NCBI GenBank assembly: GCA_009779675.1
Contig: WRDS01000001.1
Coordinates: forward strand, 1-57,571
Source: Coriobacteriia bacterium
Lineage (GTDB): Bacteria; Actinomycetota; Coriobacteriia; Anaerosomatales; PHET01
Length of the DNA: 57,571 nt
Reading direction: 5' to 3'
Shown: positions 34,105-42,092 of the stretch, one piece after another
Layout: each line of letters opens with the position of its first letter
Numbering within the stretch: position 1 is the stretch's first letter
Translations under genes and position numbers: made by a program
The notes under the pieces: generated by a model
Seen by the model: only the letters and a program-made list of their open reading frames with translations
Told to the model about the DNA's origin: nothing
The model's database searches: none

Positions 34105-35234
34105 TAGTACCTCAGCCTCCAAACGCCAAAGATGTACAGGGCAAGGCCGATGCAAAAGACCACACCGGCGTACCCTGCCACATCGGCAAAACCGGCTCCC
34201 TGGAGCACTTTCAAAAAGCCCGACAGCGTCCAGTAGACGGGGGAGACCACCTGGGCCGGCTTGAGCCAGAGCGGCATTATGTCGATGGGGATCATCGAGC
34301 CGCCGGTTGCCGAGAACAGCAGGATGAGAGCGGGGCCCACCGCCCCGATGGCACGCTCGGTCTTGCCGATGGCCGCCAGTGCCATTGCCATGCCGGTCGC
34401 AGCGAATACCTCGGCCATCCCAAGCACTAGGATAGCGGCGACATTCCCCCATTCGATGCCAAAAACAAGGCTTGTCCCGACAAGAAGCAATGCGAACTGC
34501 GCAATCCCTACGAAAATGATCCCAAGCCCCTTGCCCACAACGATCACAGTCCGGTTCGTTGGGGCGACAAACATGCGGTCGAGTGTACGCTCGCGACGTT
34601 CCTTCGCAAACTCGAAAGCGCCAAACATACTGCCAAAAAGCAGGAACATCGCGGTCATCCCCGCCGAATAATACGACATCATCGAAAGCTCTTTGTCGAT
34701 CTGCGCATCGACCCTGCTGACCGTGACCGCATCAAGGGTGCCGTTGGGCGGCAACTCGCCGACCACCCGCCCTACGATGATCTCCGCAGAGGCATAGCTG
34801 ACCGCAGCGCGTGCAACCCCCACCCATACTCCCGCCGCAACCTCCGAGCCAGGATCTTGCAGCATTTCGATGGCAACCGGCTCACCGGCCTCAATACGTT
34901 TGCTCGCATCGTGGGGAATGATCATCGCCGCACACAGATCTCCCTTTTCAACCCGTGTGCGAACCTCGGCGGCATCATCAGAAACGGTGATTGCAAACAA
35001 CCCATCGATGCCTTCGGCATCTTTGAGCCCCTTAACGAACTCGTCGCCCACCGCGCCGTCGTCTTCGTTGACGATCGCCACCGGAATGTCCAGGTCGCCC
35101 GACTCGATACCGCTGAACGCCGACCCAAGGATAAAAATGAGCGCAAATGGCATGACGATCAGCACAAGCACGGCAGCCTTGTCGCGGGCAAGCAGCGTTG
35201 CATCTTTGCGCGCAATGTTGAAGAGTGCACGCAC
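34104..35234 (-). CDS. ABC-2 type transporter permease
   Basis: Same architecture as its neighbour. GTG 35234 lies 1 nt after the ATPase stop. The alternative ATG 35282 would overlap the ATPase gene by 47 nt. Confidence 0.65.
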   Translation of the reverse strand: MRALFNIARKDATLLARDKAAVLVLIVMPFALIFILGSAFSGIESGDLDIPVAIVNEDDGAVGDEFVKGLKDAEGIDGLFAITVSDDAAEVRTRVEKGDLCAAMIIPHDASKRIEAGEPVAIEMLQDPGSEVAAGVWVGVARAAVSYASAEIIVGRVVGELPPNGTLDAVTVSRVDAQIDKELSMMSYYSAGMTAMFLLFGSMFGAFEFAKERRERTLDRMFVAPTNRTVIVVGKGLGIIFVGIAQFALLLVGTSLVFGIEWGNVAAILVLGMAEVFAATGMAMALAAIGKTERAIGAVGPALILLFSATGGSMIPIDIMPLWLKPAQVVSPVYWTLSGFLKVLQGAGFADVAGYAGVVFCIGLALYIFGVWRLRY

Positions 35235-35235
35235 G

Positions 35236-36174
35236 TCAGTCCCTAAGGCTTTTGCCCGTAAGATGCAGGAACACGCTTTCAAGATCGGGCTTGGCCACAG
35301 CCACTGAGCTCACGTGCGCACCGTGCGCCTCAAGCGTCTGCACGAGAGGCGCAAGGACACCCCCTCCATCAGCCGCAAACACCTTGAGGGAGCCCTCAGC
35401 GATCTCTGCGCGATCCACGCCTTCGAGCGCACGGATTCCCGCAAGGGCCTTGGGCGGGATCTCCGCTACTTCGGCGGTCACGATATCCATGCCGCCTACG
35501 ACCCGACGCAGCTCGCCCAAGGTGCCGAGCGCGATCACACGACCGTGATCCATGATCGCAATCCGGTCACAGAGCGCCTCGACCTCCTCCATGTAGTGGC
35601 TCGTGTACAGGATCGTCATCCCACCTTTGTTCAGCTCGCGCACAAGGCCGAGGATGTGGTTCCTGCTCTGGGGGTCGATGCCGACCGTCGGCTCGTCCAT
35701 AAGCAATACGCGGGGCCGATGCAGCACACCAACGGCAATGTTGATCCGACGCTTCATCCCGCCTGAGAACGTCTCAACCCTTTTTTTCGCCTTGTCCTCT
35801 AGGCCGGCGAGCGCAAGCCCGTACTCGACCGCCTCGGCAAGCCGCTTGCCTTTAAGGCCGTACATCCTGCCCCAGAACGCCAGGTTCTCGGCGGCGGTCA
35901 GCAACGGATAAAGCGCTATCTCCTGCGGGACAACGCCGAGGATTTTGCGCGCACCAAGTGAGTCGGTGCGCGTCGAGTGGCCATCGATCGATATCTCGCC
36001 GGCATCCGGCGCGATCAGGCACGAGATCATCGAGATAGTGGTGGTCTTGCCGGCTCCGTTGGGCCCGAGCAGCCCGAAGATCTCGCCCTCGGCTACAGAA
36101 AAGCCCACGCCATCGACCGCGGCCACATCACCGTACGTTTTTCTTAGATCGGTGACGCTAAGGATATCGGCCAT
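35236..36174 (-). CDS. ABC transporter ATP-binding protein (ABC-2/DrrA-like)
   Basis: 'GLLGPNGAGKTT','FSGGMKRRINIAVG','LLMDEPTVGIDP' motifs. Confidence 0.85.
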   Translation of the reverse strand: MADILSVTDLRKTYGDVAAVDGVGFSVAEGEIFGLLGPNGAGKTTTISMISCLIAPDAGEISIDGHSTRTDSLGARKILGVVPQEIALYPLLTAAENLAFWGRMYGLKGKRLAEAVEYGLALAGLEDKAKKRVETFSGGMKRRINIAVGVLHRPRVLLMDEPTVGIDPQSRNHILGLVRELNKGGMTILYTSHYMEEVEALCDRIAIMDHGRVIALGTLGELRRVVGGMDIVTAEVAEIPPKALAGIRALEGVDRAEIAEGSLKVFAADGGGVLAPLVQTLEAHGAHVSSVAVAKPDLESVFLHLTGKSLRD

Positions 36175-36207
36175 TGTGCTCCCTCCTGCAACACTGTCAT
36201 GATATCA

Positions 36208-36246
36208 GACAGCACTTTGCGACAGCACTTTGCGACAGCGCTTTGG
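36208..36246. repeat. Three head-to-tail 13-bp repeats in the divergent ABC-2 / trkA promoter region
   Basis: GACAGCACTTTGC GACAGCACTTTGC GACAGCGCTTTGG, 34 nt from the ABC ATPase start (36174) and 22 nt before the trkA-like ATG (36268). Confidence 0.8.
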
Positions 36247-36267
36247 CACGAGAGGTTTGGAGACAGC

Positions 36268-36930
36268 ATGCACGTTGTTATCGGCGGGTTTGGCAGGGTC
36301 GGGCAGCACTTGGTTCGCGCCCTTGAGGCAAAAGAACACACCGTCGCCGTGATTGACCGGAATCCGGGGGCTTTCGCCAATTACGGCAGACAGATCCTTG
36401 GCAGGGAGCTCACCGGGGAGGTCATCGACCGCGAGACACTGATAAAAGCAGGCATCAAACGAGCCGACGTTTACGCCGCGGTCAGCTCTGGCGACAACAG
36501 CAACATCGTCAGCGCCAGAATCGCGCGCGAGCGATTTGGTGTCGAAAGGGTCGTCGCGCGCATCTACGACCCACGCCGAGCCGATATCTACCGGCACTTC
36601 GGAATCGCAGCCATCTCAAGCGTACAGTGGACGACTGCCGAGATGATCAAGCTGCTTCTCAACCTGCAGGACCCGGAAATGATCCCCATCGGCGATGGGA
36701 TCGTGCTGGCCACCCAGATCGAAGTGCCGCAAGGCCTCGGCGGCTCCCACATCTCTGACATCGAGTCCGAGGGGCGCCTGCTTGTCTCGGCGCTTGTGCG
36801 AGGGGGGAAGTCTATGATCCCTTCTGCACACATCCGGCTTGAGCAAGGGGACCGGCTTTGCGTGTCAGGCACACGCGAGGCATTAAGCGAGCTGGACAAG
36901 CTCTTTGGCATTGAGCGGGGGCAGCGATGA
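36268..36930 (+). CDS. trkA: TrkA-family K+ transport regulatory protein (TrkA-N + TrkA-C)
   Basis: 'MHVVIGGFGRVGQHL' Rossmann GxGxxG motif and a C-terminal TrkA-C-like 'GDRLCVSG'. Start trimmed to ATG 36268. Confidence 0.8.
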   Translation: MHVVIGGFGRVGQHLVRALEAKEHTVAVIDRNPGAFANYGRQILGRELTGEVIDRETLIKAGIKRADVYAAVSSGDNSNIVSARIARERFGVERVVARIYDPRRADIYRHFGIAAISSVQWTTAEMIKLLLNLQDPEMIPIGDGIVLATQIEVPQGLGGSHISDIESEGRLLVSALVRGGKSMIPSAHIRLEQGDRLCVSGTREALSELDKLFGIERGQR

Positions 36931-37694
36931 ACATCCTTATCGTTGGGGCGGGAAAGACCGGCTCTTACCTTGCCGAGCAGTTCTCCAAAGACCACACCAT
37001 CGCCATCATCGAGCAGCGGGCAGACCGGGCGGCCATGGTGCGCCGCATGGTGCCTGATGCCACGGTCATCGCGGGGGATGCCTGCGAGCCTGATGTGCTT
37101 GAGCGTATAAATGTCTCTGAGATCGACCTGGTGGCCGCCGTCACCGGCGACGACGAGGACAATCTGGTGGTCGCGATGCTTGCCAAACTCTACGATGCAA
37201 AGACCGTTTATGCCCGAGTCAACCACCCGGCCAACTACTGGCTTTTTGACAAAGAGTGGGGCGTTGACGTCCCCGTCTCATCCCCTCAGCTCATGTACGG
37301 CCTCATCGACAAGGATCTAGGGCTCGGCGATCTCATCACCCTTCTTAAACTCAAAGCCGAGGGCGTGTTCCTCAAAGAGATCACCCTGCCGTCGAGGGCA
37401 ACTGCTGTTGGCAAAACACTCCGAGAGATCGGACTGCCACCCAACGTCACCGTTGTTGCAATCCTGTCCGCAACCGGAAACATCAAAGCGCCTCGCGGCG
37501 ACACCACACTCATTGCGAGCGATCAGCTGTTGTTCCTGGTGGAAGGCCCGCTTGAGGATTCCGTCATCCGAGATGCCTTTGGCGTGGCAGATGCCGACCT
37601 AATTGCAGGTGTCGACCCAGCGGTGGTCGCCGGCTCAGCAGCAGATGCAGCAGATGCGGGCCCAACAGCAGGTGCTGACTCGATAATCCGGTAG
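36927..37694 (+). CDS. trkA: Second TrkA-family K+ transport regulatory protein
   Basis: 'MNILIVGAGKTGSYLA' GxGxxG motif and a TrkA-C-like C-half. ATGA overlap with the first trkA-like gene. The Ala-rich 35-aa tail overlaps the convergent kimA-like gene. Confidence 0.8.
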   Translation: MNILIVGAGKTGSYLAEQFSKDHTIAIIEQRADRAAMVRRMVPDATVIAGDACEPDVLERINVSEIDLVAAVTGDDEDNLVVAMLAKLYDAKTVYARVNHPANYWLFDKEWGVDVPVSSPQLMYGLIDKDLGLGDLITLLKLKAEGVFLKEITLPSRATAVGKTLREIGLPPNVTVVAILSATGNIKAPRGDTTLIASDQLLFLVEGPLEDSVIRDAFGVADADLIAGVDPAVVAGSAADAADAGPTAGADSIIR

Positions 37695-39517
37695 GGAACC
37701 GCGACGATAATCACGCCGGGCTCATTCACCATCGCCTGCTTCAAAAAGAGCGATTGCTGTCCATGAAGCATCTCATCGGCAAGGCTCTCAGGCGCGTATT
37801 CGGGCAGGATTACCGTTATCACATGATCATAGGTTGGACGCGGGATCGACCTCAGATGCGTCATGACCAAGGGGACGATCTCGCGATAAGGCGAGTCGAT
37901 GACTGTGAGTTTCACGCCAAAATCAGCAGCCTGCCATTTCTTTTTGAACCCAGGTGCCTTGCCGGAAACATCCACGTACACCGCTTCTAAGCAATCCGCC
38001 TCAAGCGACTTCGCGTACTGAACCGCACGGATAAGCCTTCTGTCTATCTCTTTGACGAGCACGATCACATGGTTATGCATGCGGTTGAACGACTGCCAGT
38101 TGAGATCGGTCAGCTCATCAGGCTTAATGGCCAGATCCGCGCCCACTCGGACATACTGCCTACGGATCCAGAGGAAAAGCGATACGATAGCTGGGATCAA
38201 GACGACCACGATCCATGCGCCGCCCGTGAACTTAGCAACGCCGACCACTATGGTCACGACACAGGTGGTCATGGAGCCTATCGCGTTTATCGCAAGCGAC
38301 CAGCGCCACCCCGGCTCCTTATGCCTGCGATGGTGCATGACCATACCAGCCTGGGAGAGAGTCAGCGAGGTAAACACGCCGACCGCATACAGCGGGATCA
38401 GCCGCGTAGTGCTTCCCCCGAAAACAACCAGGAGCATAATGGCAACCGCTGTGAGCAAGATAATCCCCTTGCTGAACACGAGGCGCTGCCCCCGATCACC
38501 CAGCTGATGGGGAAGGTAGTCATCGGCAGCGATAAACGACGACAGCTGCGGAAAGTCCGCGTAGGCGGTGTTTGCGGCAAGCACAAGGATCACAGCGACG
38601 CTCACCGAGATGAGGTAGTAAAACGGCCCCGTTCCATAAATCTCCCGCGAGAGCTGGCTGATGATCGTCTCGGTCTCGCTCGGCTGCAATCCTGTGAGCG
38701 TGGTAAGCAGCGTCACCCCCAGGAACAAGAAAAGCAGGATGCCCGCCATTGAGGTAAGCGTTATTGAGGCGTTTTTAGATGACGGCTCGCGGAACGCCTG
38801 CGTGCTGTCTGCTATCGCCTCTACCCCTGTCATCACCGTGCACCCCGAGGCGAACGCCCGCAGCACCAGAAAGACACCCAGCCCCTGGACCGCCTCAACA
38901 GGATCGTGCGGAACAGGAACAGAGAAGCCGCTGCCAAACACGAACTTCGACAGCCCTATCAAGATGGTAATGCCGAGCAAGATGACATACAAAAACGTTG
39001 GCCCAGCAAACAGTGCGCCCGCTTCTTTGATGCCACGTAGGTTAACGATGGCAAGCAGCGAGACAAACGTGATGGCAAGAAGGATCGCGAACGGGCGTGT
39101 CTGGGGGAAAGCGGATGTGATTGCCGCAACCGCCGCGGAGACGGAGACCGCAACGGTCAGGATGTAGCCCACCAGTATCGATGCCCCGGCAACCACCCCT
39201 GGGACATCGCCCAGGTTCTCCTTTGCAACCCGGTATGACCCGCCGCCGGCCGGATACGCTTTGATGGTCTGTCGATAGGACAGTACGACCGTTATCAGCA
39301 GGAGGCTGACCCCGGCAACAACAGGCAATGCCATCTTGAGCGCACCCGCACCGGCAAGCGCAAGCATTAGCAGGATCTCCTGCGGCGCATACGCCACCGA
39401 TGACAGGGCATCACTCGAAAAAGTGGCCAGTGCAACCGGGTTGCTCAGCCGTTGGTGAGCAGCTTCCTGGTTATGAAGGGGCTTGCCGAGCAACACACGT
39501 TTGAAAGAACCGGCCAT
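37523..39517 (-). CDS. kimA: KimA (YdaO)-like APC-superfamily K+ transporter
   Basis: 'FKRVLLGKPLHNQEAAHQRLSNPVALATFSSDALSSVAYAPQEIL','YPAGGGSY','LRAFASGCTVMTGVEAI','LAANTAYADFPQL' match my memory of B. subtilis KimA. About 12 TM helices plus a cytoplasmic C-domain of about 200 aa. Synteny is like Mycobacterium Rv2690c-ceoB-ceoC. Confidence 0.7.
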   Translation of the reverse strand: MAGSFKRVLLGKPLHNQEAAHQRLSNPVALATFSSDALSSVAYAPQEILLMLALAGAGALKMALPVVAGVSLLLITVVLSYRQTIKAYPAGGGSYRVAKENLGDVPGVVAGASILVGYILTVAVSVSAAVAAITSAFPQTRPFAILLAITFVSLLAIVNLRGIKEAGALFAGPTFLYVILLGITILIGLSKFVFGSGFSVPVPHDPVEAVQGLGVFLVLRAFASGCTVMTGVEAIADSTQAFREPSSKNASITLTSMAGILLFLFLGVTLLTTLTGLQPSETETIISQLSREIYGTGPFYYLISVSVAVILVLAANTAYADFPQLSSFIAADDYLPHQLGDRGQRLVFSKGIILLTAVAIMLLVVFGGSTTRLIPLYAVGVFTSLTLSQAGMVMHHRRHKEPGWRWSLAINAIGSMTTCVVTIVVGVAKFTGGAWIVVVLIPAIVSLFLWIRRQYVRVGADLAIKPDELTDLNWQSFNRMHNHVIVLVKEIDRRLIRAVQYAKSLEADCLEAVYVDVSGKAPGFKKKWQAADFGVKLTVIDSPYREIVPLVMTHLRSIPRPTYDHVITVILPEYAPESLADEMLHGQQSLFLKQAMVNEPGVIIVAVPYRIIESAPAVGPASAASAAEPATTAGSTPAIRSASATPKASRMTESSSGPSTRNNS

Positions 39518-39630
39518 CGCGCTTCCTGACGATTACGCTCCCCAACAATTGAACAACAGAATTCACGCCCTGGCGATTACACGACTAGAGCTGGCCAGGC
39601 ACCCCGCTCGGGCAACCCACGTAATCGGGG
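39518..39630 (-). ncRNA. Candidate c-di-AMP (ydaO/kimA-class) riboswitch-like leader
   Basis: The minus-strand leader reads 'CCCGAUUACG-UGGGUUGCCCG-AGCGGGGUGCC-UGGC..GCCA-GGGCGUGAAUUC..GGGGAGCG-UAAUCGUCAGGAAGCG-AUG'. These blocks resemble, in the same order, 'UAAUC-hairpin-GAGCGGGGGACCC-hairpin-GGGGUGAAUCC..AAUCCGUCAG..AAGCG' of the ydaO motif as I remember it. The 'CUAACCUCG' block is missing or misplaced. Not tested with a covariance model. Confidence 0.35.
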
Positions 39631-39652
39631 CAGATGCTTTCGCATCTGCCCC
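39627..39652 (-). terminator. GC-rich hairpin after the multihaem cytochrome gene
   Basis: GGGGCAGATGC-TTTC-GCATCTGCCCC (11-bp perfect stem), 57 nt downstream of the stop at 39710. No U-tract. Confidence 0.45.
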
Positions 39653-39709
39653 AGATCTTTAGCTTACCTACTGCCTTCGTGTCTTCGCCTATTGCCTCGG
39701 TGCCAGCCC

Positions 39710-41476
39710 TTATGGGTGGCAAACCCCACAACCATTCTTGAAGTACGTCGTATAGTTCCTACCTGGGTGACAAGTGAGACACGATGCCCATGACCCCGGA
39801 TTAATCCATTCGTTGTGGAAGGTCAGCGTCTTATGAGTGAAGCTGATGTCGTTATTCCACGTCGTTGGCTGGTGGCAGCTCCGACAACCCGTCGGGCCAA
39901 CGTGCGGCACATTCGCAAGGTGGCACGTCTGGCACGGGATCGTCGGCTCTGCAAATTTCAGGGCGTTCCCGTGGCAGAGCGCACAGCCCAGGTTCGTATG
40001 CTTTGCGCCCAGCCGGATGCTGCCCGGATGCGTGATGCTCTTAATCGGCTTCCACGCCACAGGCGTATGGCACTGCGTGCAGTTTGTCACAACCGAACCC
40101 GAGCCATGCGGGTTCTTCGCCGAGTGGCACCCAAAACAGGTCTTACCGGGGTCGCCTATAGGATCTTTGTAGTTGCCGCCAGAATGGCACGCCGAGCACG
40201 CCAGCAATGCATGCGCCCCTTCAAGCGGCCAGGCGTTTTCGTGCTCGAAGGTCGTCGGTTTCCACCCGGAGGTCGTATGGCAATCGGTGCAGGCAGTCAA
40301 GCCACCATGTGCAGCGCCATGGCAAGCGCTATCACCGCAAACCCTGGGCGTTCCCTTGTATTTCCCGTTCTTGTGGCACTTCGTGCACGCAAGCGACCGA
40401 TGCTTGCCTGTCAGGTTGAAGTACTTCGAGTGGCCGAAGCTCGCCGGAGCGAACCGCACGGTGTTGTGGCAGCTCTCGCAGTTCTTCAAGCCGACATGCG
40501 CAACCTTGTGGCAGCCGACACACTGCCTGGGCGTGCCCACATACCGCCTCTTGGGATGGCAGCTGTCGCACTTGATCTTCTTGTGCTGGCCGGTAAGCGC
40601 GAACCCAAAGGCCCCGTGATTGAACCCAGGGAGCGCCTTCCAACCGGTTGTCGGCCTGTGGCACGAAGCGCACCTGGTAAGCCTGTGCTTCACCCCATGG
40701 CAATCGACACAGTCCGTGGAGGTGCCTGCAAACTTCCCATTGCGGTGGCAACCGGCGCACGGAACCGTCTTGTGTGCGCCCTGCAACGCATAGAACGCGC
40801 TGTGGTCGAAGTCAGGGGAGGGCTTCCATCCCCTGCTGGGATGGTGGCAGCTCTCGCAGTTCTTCAGGCCGCCATGCTTGGGTCCATGGCAATCGCCGCA
40901 CGTCTGTTCCGGCAGCGCAGGGTCACGGACCTCATAATGGCAATTGAAACAGGGGAGCCCTTCGTGGCCACCCTCAAGGGACACATGCTCGGTCGGGACG
41001 GGCTTGGGAAGGATCCATGGCTGTTCCGGGGTATGACACACCGCGCAAGAAAGGCTTTTTGCCTCTTTGTGGCTCTCGGGGATGTCCCCGTCTTTTTGCG
41101 CATGGCACCCCTCGCAGGTCGTGGGGGGAAGCTCGCCATCTTTGTTGTGACAGGACATGCAGTCGATCATCGAGTGCATGCCGATGTTCATGTCCTTGTT
41201 TGCCTCGTGCTCGTAGGGCTTAACCGTCCAACTGCCCGCATTGTGACATACGGCGCAGTCCTTACTGGCGAAGGGCTCCGCGGGCTTGTAGTCATAGTTG
41301 GGCATATCCTTACACGAGGTGCATTGCTGACCAGCAGCAACTACAGGATGCCCCTTTTCTTCCTTCTGGATCTCCTCCGTCTTGGAGACAGCGCAGCCCG
41401 CCAGGATTAAGACGGCAACTAACAACAAGGCACTTGCAAGGGTCTTTACGCGTATTTTAGATTCCATGTCCCTCAT
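39710..41476 (-). CDS. Lipoprotein multihaem c-type cytochrome (23 CXXCH + 1 CX4CH + 1 CXXCK)
   Basis: Signal/lipobox 'LLLVAVLILAGC'. I counted 23 CXXCH motifs (CAVCH, CMSCH, CEGCH ... CGVCH), plus 'CGDSACH' and an N-terminal 'CTSCK'. Repeated 'C..CH....GWKP' paired-CXXCH architecture. Confidence 0.9.
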   Translation of the reverse strand: MRDMESKIRVKTLASALLLVAVLILAGCAVSKTEEIQKEEKGHPVVAAGQQCTSCKDMPNYDYKPAEPFASKDCAVCHNAGSWTVKPYEHEANKDMNIGMHSMIDCMSCHNKDGELPPTTCEGCHAQKDGDIPESHKEAKSLSCAVCHTPEQPWILPKPVPTEHVSLEGGHEGLPCFNCHYEVRDPALPEQTCGDCHGPKHGGLKNCESCHHPSRGWKPSPDFDHSAFYALQGAHKTVPCAGCHRNGKFAGTSTDCVDCHGVKHRLTRCASCHRPTTGWKALPGFNHGAFGFALTGQHKKIKCDSCHPKRRYVGTPRQCVGCHKVAHVGLKNCESCHNTVRFAPASFGHSKYFNLTGKHRSLACTKCHKNGKYKGTPRVCGDSACHGAAHGGLTACTDCHTTSGWKPTTFEHENAWPLEGAHALLACSACHSGGNYKDPIGDPGKTCFGCHSAKNPHGSGSVVTNCTQCHTPVAWKPIKSITHPGSIRLGAKHTNLGCALCHGNALKFAEPTIPCQTCHLANVPHVGPTGCRSCHQPTTWNNDISFTHKTLTFHNEWINPGSWASCLTCHPGRNYTTYFKNGCGVCHP

Positions 41477-41769
41477 TCACTCCGGCTTCACGCATACAGA
41501 CAAGCACGCCGACAGCGACCAAACAAACTCCATCAAATCTCTATTCTATGCTAGCTTCGTACGTTGTACAACAATAAACCGCCGCACACGTGTTATCGGC
41601 ACACGCACGGTCGTTGCCCCGCAGCCAGCTCTGTCTTTTGTACCACGCATTCTACGCCTAAATCAGCCGAGAATGCGAAAACAACTGACCAAAGCCGCTT
41701 TTCTTTCGTTTTTCTTTCCGGTTAAGCGTAAACCTCGGCGATTTTACCAAGGCTACGCGGCAATCTTTA

Positions 41770-41845
41770 TGGTGGAGACGAAGGGACTCGAACCCTCGAC
41801 ATCAGGCTTGCAAAGCCTGCGCTCTCCCAACTGAGCTACGTCCCC
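41770..41845 (-). tRNA. tRNA-Ala (anticodon UGC)
   Basis: The reverse complement GGGGACGTAGCTCAGTTGGGAGAGCGCAGGCTTTGCAAGCCTGATGTCGAGGGTTCGAGTCCCTTCGTCTCCACCA folds as a cloverleaf. It has the G3:U70 Ala identity pair, anticodon loop UUUGCAA and an encoded CCA. Confidence 0.95.
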
Positions 41846-41995
41846 GAGCGTGCGTCAGTATAGCCGCGCCTGCGTCCATACTGCAAATTTAGGAATTGCC
41901 GCGCCGCATTCGCCAGGTAGCGGCCTTCTTACGTGACCTCGCCTAGCGCCTGATGACATTTGGCAACGCTGACGTAAGCAATTGTTACAGCGTCA

Positions 41996-42072
41996 TGGTG
42001 GGCCCGACTGGATTCGAACCAGTGACCTCACGGTTATCAGCCGTGCGCTCTAGCCAACTGAGCTACGGGCCC
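41996..42072 (-). tRNA. tRNA-Ile (anticodon GAU)
   Basis: The reverse complement GGGCCCGTAGCTCAGTTGGCTAGAGCGCACGGCTGATAACCGTGAGGTCACTGGTTCGAATCCAGTCGGGCCCACCA folds as a cloverleaf, with anticodon loop CUGAUAA and an encoded CCA. Confidence 0.95.
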
Positions 42073-42092
42073 CAGGGCGCATAAACGCTTCG

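Noticed and set aside
41770-42072. The tRNA-Ile/tRNA-Ala pair as part of an rRNA operon spacer.
   Set aside because: There is no 16S or 23S-like sequence on either side, only protein-coding genes and short spacers. A stand-alone ileT-alaT pair near gyrA is a known actinobacterial arrangement.
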